This document shows, piece by piece, positions 60,501 to 64,000 of a stretch of DNA of 64,000 nucleotides (the stretch's first letter is position 1; each line of letters opens with the position of its first letter). A program made the position numbers and the translations under genes. Source of the DNA: an uncultured bacterium (GTDB taxonomy: Bacteria > Actinomycetota > Acidimicrobiia > Spongiisociales > UBA5794); the NCBI GenBank assembly GCA_963844835.1, contig CAWJPT010000001.1:147555-211554 (forward strand), given 5' to 3'. The notes beneath the pieces were generated by a model. It was not told the DNA's origin and made no database searches. It worked only from the letters and a program-made list of their open reading frames with translations.

Positions 60501-63500
60501 GCGTACTCGGTTGGCCGTGACAATCTGGCAAGCCCGTTCACCCCGCCCATGTACTTCAACGGCAAGATCGCCGAGGTCATCGCCTATTCGAGTCGGACGA
60601 CGGATGCAGAGCAGCAGCAGATCCAGAGCTACCTGGCCATCAAGTACGGCCTCACCCTCAACCAAGCGGTCGCCTACAACTACGTTGCGTCAGACGGAAC
60701 GGTCATCTGGGACGCCACCGCCAATGCCGTCTACAAGAATGACATTGCCGGCATCGGCCAGGATGACAGTTCGGTGCTCGACCAGACTCAATCGCAGTCG
60801 ATCAGCGCCGACGCCATGGTCACCGTCTCCAACGCGTCCAGTCAGGACGACGGCGACTTCCTGGTTTGGGGCAACGACAACGGCGTAACCACCTGGACCG
60901 CCACCGGGTCACCGATCGGGCAGCGGCTCCAGCGCACCTGGCGCGCGGATGCGACCGGGACGATCGGCACGGTTACGGTTGCCATCGATCTCACCGGTCT
61001 GAGTGCGCCCGGCACCATAACCTCTGACTACCACCTCCTCGTCGACGCCGACGGCGACTTCTCAGCCGGCGCCACGGATATCGTCGCCAGCTCCTTCTCC
61101 GGCAACACCGCTACCTTTGACCTCGTCACAATCCCCGATGGTTCGTACTTCACGGTGGCTGCGGAAACCTCGCCGCCGACGGTCAACTCGACCGGTGACT
61201 CCGGCGATGCGTCGCCAGGTGACGGTGTCTGTGACACCGGTGGCACCAACAGCGAGGGTGCGGCGGAGTGCACTCTGCGTGCGGCGGTGGAGGAGGCCAA
61301 TGCGTCTGCGGGCATCGACACGATCGAGTTCGACATCCCGACCAGCGACTCGGGCTACTCCGCCATTGACACGTACTGGACCATTCAATCCGGTTCGGCG
61401 CTCAACGTCACCGGGTCGGTCACGATCGACGCAACCACCCAGCCCGGCTACACCGGCAGTCCCGACATTCTGCTGCTGGGCAGCTCCGCGGTGGCGGGCA
61501 CCGACGGTTTTGAGATCCCGGGTGACAACATCACCATTCGCGGTTTTGCCATTGCGTCGTTCCCTGCGGCCGGCGTCTATCTTCCCGCCACCTCCGACGG
61601 TGCCACCATCGAGTCCTCTTACATAGGCACAGATATCACTGGCGCCGTTGCCGCCCCAAACACATTCGAGGGTGTGTGGATCGAAGGCGCCACCAACGTG
61701 ACGGTTGGTGGGACCGGCGTCGGCAACGTCATCTCTGGCAACACAACTGCTGGTGTCGGGATGGATGGGGCTTCTGGTGTCGACATTGTTGAGAACCTGA
61801 TCGGTACTACGGCAGACGGGCTCGGTGCACTGGGCAACGGAGCCAACGGCATCGACGTTCAGAACTCGAGCACCGTCCTCATCGACGGCAACGTCATTGC
61901 CGCCAGCATCGGCAGCGGCGTCATCGTGTGGGGATCGAGCGACACGACCATCATCAACAACTATATCGGAACAGACGCGACTGGACTCGTGGCGGTGGCC
62001 AATACTGCCGATGGCATACACGTCGGGAGCGGCAGCACTGGAACCGTCGTGGGTCAGCCGGGGGCCGGCAACGTACTGTCTGGCAATGGCGACGACGGTA
62101 TCGAGGTTGTCGACACCACGGGTGGCACCGCTATCCAGGCAAACACGATCGGGCTCGGATCCGACGGTGACACGATCGTCGCCAACGGTCGGCACGGCGT
62201 TGTCCTCTACAACGGTGCCAACAACACTCAGGTCGGGGGAACCACGGTTGGCGCACGGAATGTCATCTCTGGCAACACAGAGGAAGGCGTCCGGGTCGAC
62301 GGCAACAGCAACGCGCTCACCGCGGACAATATCATCGAAGGCAACCTTATCGGCACCGATGCCACCGGATCGCTCGACCGGGGTAACGGCACCTACGGCG
62401 TGTACGTCTTCGCTGGTGCGGTGGGAACGACAATCGGTGGCACCGCTGCCGGAGCGGGAAACACCATTTCGGGCAACGGATCGCACGGTGTGCACGTCGA
62501 AGGGGCGGCCACGACGGGCACGCTCATTCAGGGCAACTACATCGGGCTCAACTCGGCCGGCGACGCCGCCCTGGGCAACACCGGCGACGGTGTTAGCGTG
62601 GCCTTTGATGTGCCCAACCAGGTTGTTGGCGGTGCAGCTGCCGGTGCGGGCAACGTCATCTCTGCCAATTTGGTCGGCATCTACAGCCTCGGGGCGGACA
62701 ACCTGACCATCCAGGGCAACATCGTCGGGCTGGACGCGACCGGAACCGTCGACCTGGGAAACACCGGCGGCGGCATACGGGTCGGTGGTGACAACGTTGT
62801 CATAGGTGGAACGACGACGAACGCCCGCAACATCGTTTCCGGAAATGGACAGCAGGGCATATTCCTGGATTCCGCCACCGGAGCGATTGTCCACGGCAAC
62901 TACGTCGGAACCGACATCTCGGGTCTGTTCGATCGGGGCAACGATTCGAACGGTGTCTACGTCAGCGGAAACGACAACCAGATCGGTGGCTCGGTCGCCG
63001 GGGCGGGGAACGTCGTCTCAGGCAACACCAACGACGGTATCCAGACATCGAGCTCCAGCCCGGGCACAATCATCGAGGGCAACATCATCGGGCTCGGCTC
63101 CGATGCGTCTACAGCAATCCCCAATTCGTACCGCGGCGTCTCCGTTTACGGCATGACGACGAGAGTCGGCGGTACTGACCCGGGTGCCGGCAACACGATA
63201 TCAGCGAACTTCAACAGGGGTGTCTCAGTCATTACCGGAGCGGATGACGCTGCCATTCTCGGCAACTCGATCTACGCCAACGGGAGCATCGGCATCGACC
63301 TTGGTGACAATGGTGTCACAACGAATGACGCCGGAGACGGTGACACAGGCCCCAACGGTCTTCTCAACTACCCGGTGATCACGTCGGCGAACGGGGGAGC
63401 GGGGTCCGTGACCGTGTACTTCGACCTCGACGTTCCCGCGGGAGACTACCGGATCGAGTTCTTCACCAACTCTGCCGCCGATCCCTCCGGGTACGGTGAA

Positions 63501-64000
63501 GGTGAGACATACGCCGGCTCCTACGACGTCGTCGGACATCCGGGTGGGTCCGCTTCCTATGTCGGGACGATGACTGCGAACCTGGGGGATCTGGTTACTG
63601 CAACGGCCACCGAGGCGACTGCTTTGCCGTTTGGTGCCACATCCGAGTTCTCGCCCGTGGCGACAGTGGTTCAAGGCACCCTCACGGTCAACTCTACGGC
63701 CGATGGCGTCGATACCAACCCGGGTGATGGCGTCTGCACAACCGGCGGCACCAATAGCGCCGCAGCCCCCGAGTGCACGTTGCGAGCCGCCATCGAGGAA
63801 GCCAACGCCCTGGCCGGCGCCGACGTCATCGAATTCGGTATGCCGAACACTGAACCCGGATACCTCGCCGGTGTCTGGACGATCCGGCCAACTTCAGCGC
63901 TTCCCGCCATCGGTGACTACACGGAGATCAACGGCACCACCCAGACCGGGTACTCCGCCAATACCAACTCGGTTCCTTCGGGGCTCACCACCAACCAGGT
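54594..64000 (+). CDS. giant secreted multi-domain protein, 3' end beyond the window (more than 3,135 codons)
   Basis: Frame 3 is open from the stop at 54519-21 to the window end. This is confirmed at five in-frame anchors, and the ORF track lists no frame-3 ORF here. The signal-like segment is LAALTLALSIVFAQVGFGVGTASASA. Domain order: CSLREA-type N-terminal motifs (ECTLRAAxxEAN) at about 54.9, 56.0, 61.27 and 63.77 kb, each with a beta-helix; SBBP repeats at 57.16-58.39 kb; TSP3-like Asp-rich repeats at 58.41-58.65 kb; FG-GAP/VCBS units at 58.68-59.9 kb; LamG-like domain at 59.93-60.66 kb. The start codon is uncertain (ATG 54594 or TTG 54621). Confidence 0.85.
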   Translation, partial: MAAGLRPPHLLPGQSPDSPSHLLFESRLESWHQAVESGRGRLLSVDKLAALTLALSIVFAQVGFGVGTASASATFVVNSTADVVDLVPGDGACDTGNTIGSDPECTLRAAVQEANTLAGTDTITVPAGTYTLTITGNEDSATAGDLDVSDSVIVVGAGAGITFIDGAAADGAFEIRGSATVTISRLTIQNSGGSNFSSGVHVNAGTSATLDSIVISGGTYSPAIYNSGTLDILDSRLTGNVSTFNGGGIFTAGPTTISDTLIDNNSTNANGGGIYVGGAGGVSLTNVTLSGNSASVGGGLYNEYDIDLVNATVTLNSAIQSGGLHDNGGATTTLLNTIVAGNTGGNPDGNGSFDSLGYNIIGVVGGSTGWVGTDRTGVDPQLQALADNGGPTPTHALTAGSEAIDNGTASSAPATDQRGVSRDGSPDIGAYEYEAAISNIVLVNSTADAPDSSAGDNVCATGGTNIEGDPECTLRAAIQEANASAAIDAINFAIPVGDTGYASGVWTIAPSGSALDWIVATIDIDGSTQPGYAGAPVVVIDGTALSSNEIGLGFADTAADSRVAGLSIVSFPDDSISSVADRLIVEDNYLGVLPDGITAPGSGSENIALWGAGSDSVIRDNLIAGAAAANIAVTDTVTGLVITGNKVGTDISGTVSLGGGQAFWTDTDGTVIIGGTGAGDGNTMADSMWDNIQVAGSNSTVTILGNSIHGAGLLGIDLVAPGDSGTNVTANDSGDGDSGPNDLLNFPVITSATESGGTVTVTFDLDVPANPDQYRVEFFTNPSGADASGYGEAETFVSAVTTSPGTGLTHAFAGAAGDVITATATRVDSGAATGFSSTSEISAAYTVTAAPSPASNWSTFLGGALADAGQTVAVDAGGNVYVAGYSSGTWGSPVRAYGSGNDIFVAKLDASGTLVWNTFLGGPGDDQGFGITVDASGNVYVAGQSGATWGSPVRAYGGGVVDAFVAKLNSSGNLVWNTFLGGSGYDYGYGIDFDAAGNVYVSGNSSATWGSPVRSYTGSADIFVVKLNSSGALAWSTFLGGTGSDGSRGVAVDGSGNVYVGGFSSANWGSPVRAYSSGFDLVAVKLNSSGALTWNSFLGGSGYEVGEGLALDGSGNLYMTGYGDTDFGSPVQGNGGGVYDALAVKVNNNGTLVWNTFAGGTGGDYGHGISVAGSSVYIAGSSDAAWGAPSLAYGGGSDGFVAEFSTSDGSRTTLDFLGGAGTDYAYEVATDGSDGVYVAGSSNTTWGTPIRSYTAGTDAFAMRIERSPLGPCADSDSDGLCDLEEDANTDADNNPATNPGPDTDGDTTPNYLDADDDGDGTPTVSENADPNADGDPRDALDSDRDGQPDWLDLPTSATGGTVATERKISDTAGGLTATLDNYDEFGRTIEPVGDLDGDGITDLVVGVWADDDGGYRLRRCLYVLFLNADGAVKAEQKISDTAGGLAAPLGYDDDFGHGVAGIGDLDGDGINDMAVGAFLDDDGGIDRGAVYVLFLNADGTVKAEQKISDTVGGLAATLDNDDHFGIQLAAIGDLDGDGVNDLAVAASNDDDGGIDRGAVYVLFLNADGTVKAEQKISDTAGGLATALGDSDEFGISVGGPGDVDGDGVADLAVGAYYDDDGGTDRGAVYVLFLNADGTVKAEQKISDTTGGLSATLVNGDWFGYWAAGIGDLDGDGTPDLAVGARHDDDGGTDRGAAYVLFLNADGTVRAEQAISDTQGGFVTALDNSDWFGASVAGLGDLDGDGTINLAVGAPGDDDGGTDHGAVYILDLAGWIPPTGPGGVDGDLGLWLRADAGVTTSGVDVTTWLDQSGNGNNAAQGTTSLQPDLVSGVLNGNPVVDFDGVDDGISGTAGASSTTYFIVFIPDAAVSSASTGQTVFSWDCPTCTSNTSILGIGSLTGAFPDEVITHGLGGSTDWRSAQTGTATYAAGDPILVAVRTNATNNGIDIYSSGTEVDSATAGSYRTVTDQAYSVGRDNLASPFTPPMYFNGKIAEVIAYSSRTTDAEQQQIQSYLAIKYGLTLNQAVAYNYVASDGTVIWDATANAVYKNDIAGIGQDDSSVLDQTQSQSISADAMVTVSNASSQDDGDFLVWGNDNGVTTWTATGSPIGQRLQRTWRADATGTIGTVTVAIDLTGLSAPGTITSDYHLLVDADGDFSAGATDIVASSFSGNTATFDLVTIPDGSYFTVAAETSPPTVNSTGDSGDASPGDGVCDTGGTNSEGAAECTLRAAVEEANASAGIDTIEFDIPTSDSGYSAIDTYWTIQSGSALNVTGSVTIDATTQPGYTGSPDILLLGSSAVAGTDGFEIPGDNITIRGFAIASFPAAGVYLPATSDGATIESSYIGTDITGAVAAPNTFEGVWIEGATNVTVGGTGVGNVISGNTTAGVGMDGASGVDIVENLIGTTADGLGALGNGANGIDVQNSSTVLIDGNVIAASIGSGVIVWGSSDTTIINNYIGTDATGLVAVANTADGIHVGSGSTGTVVGQPGAGNVLSGNGDDGIEVVDTTGGTAIQANTIGLGSDGDTIVANGRHGVVLYNGANNTQVGGTTVGARNVISGNTEEGVRVDGNSNALTADNIIEGNLIGTDATGSLDRGNGTYGVYVFAGAVGTTIGGTAAGAGNTISGNGSHGVHVEGAATTGTLIQGNYIGLNSAGDAALGNTGDGVSVAFDVPNQVVGGAAAGAGNVISANLVGIYSLGADNLTIQGNIVGLDATGTVDLGNTGGGIRVGGDNVVIGGTTTNARNIVSGNGQQGIFLDSATGAIVHGNYVGTDISGLFDRGNDSNGVYVSGNDNQIGGSVAGAGNVVSGNTNDGIQTSSSSPGTIIEGNIIGLGSDASTAIPNSYRGVSVYGMTTRVGGTDPGAGNTISANFNRGVSVITGADDAAILGNSIYANGSIGIDLGDNGVTTNDAGDGDTGPNGLLNYPVITSANGGAGSVTVYFDLDVPAGDYRIEFFTNSAADPSGYGEGETYAGSYDVVGHPGGSASYVGTMTANLGDLVTATATEATALPFGATSEFSPVATVVQGTLTVNSTADGVDTNPGDGVCTTGGTNSAAAPECTLRAAIEEANALAGADVIEFGMPNTEPGYLAGVWTIRPTSALPAIGDYTEINGTTQTGYSANTNSVPSGLTTNQ
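57159..58390 (+). repeat. about 7 tandem 183-nt (61-aa) SBBP beta-propeller coding repeats
   Basis: LVWNTFLGG at 57333 and 57516, with variants (LAWSTFLGG, LTWNSFLGG) at about 57.70 and 57.88 kb. Unit pattern FLGGxGxDxGxGIxVDxxGNVYVxGxSxxxWGSPVRAY. Confidence 0.8.
58683..59905 (+). repeat. six tandem FG-GAP/VCBS-like coding repeats, period 207 nt (first unit 210 nt)
   Basis: The KISDT codon block recurs at 58692, 58902, 59109, 59316, 59523 and 59730. Units 2-4 share stretches of more than 80 nt that are nearly identical. Confidence 0.85.

Noticed and set aside
57000-62894. Long minus-strand ORFs (57000-58094, 364 aa; 61062-62894, 610 aa; several of 100-180 aa) and plus-strand off-frame ORFs across 54.6-64 kb.
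   Set aside because: All overlap the continuous frame-3 giant ORF, whose translation shows coherent repeat domains. The others are low-complexity Arg/Gly/Val-rich antisense or off-frame shadows.

Overview
This is a high-GC chromosomal segment of Actinomycetota type; the taxon is inferred from gene order and protein sequences only. No rRNA genes or CRISPR arrays were found.

The backbone is a conserved housekeeping run: response regulator, M23 peptidase, nadD, rsfS, tRNA-Ala ... leuS, comEA, comEC, holA / greA, rpsT / lepA, hemW / ClC channel / CIRCE-hrcA-dnaJ-rsmE, XRE regulator, phoH, 7TM-HD protein, ybeY, CorC-like protein, era, recO, uppS, glyQS ... Lrp, dnaG, rpoD.

Five accessory segments interrupt it:
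- A decayed integrative element sits at tRNA-Ala (2.1-5.4 kb). It carries a frameshifted tyrosine integrase, VapBC and direct repeats of the tRNA 3' end.
- A roughly 3.7 kb ExeM/NucH-like extracellular nuclease gene is broken by many frameshifts (6.1-9.8 kb).
- A 3.9 kb islet at tRNA-Asn (44.5-48.5 kb) is bounded by direct repeats of about 85 nt. It carries a LuxR/LAL regulator, a DUF4242 protein, a small secreted protein and an IS256-type transposase remnant.
- A DUF115/GT-A glycosyltransferase-like pair lies beside duplicated small membrane proteins and an orphan histidine kinase (50.2-54.5 kb).
- A giant reading frame (54,594 to beyond the window end, more than 3,135 codons) is absent from the supplied ORF track because it has no stop in the window. 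It encodes a mosaic secreted protein with four CSLREA/beta-helix modules, an SBBP propeller, TSP3-like repeats, six near-identical 207-nt FG-GAP-like units and a LamG domain.

The most pervasive oddity is more than 50 inferred frameshifts. They cluster in blocks and hit even essential genes (dnaG, rpoD, glyQS, ybeY), while 18 kb of neighbouring genes and the 9.4 kb giant ORF stay open. Most lesions that can be pinned to a base are +1 insertions that lengthen short homopolymers. I therefore suspect a block-wise consensus-quality problem rather than biology, but this needs read-level checking.
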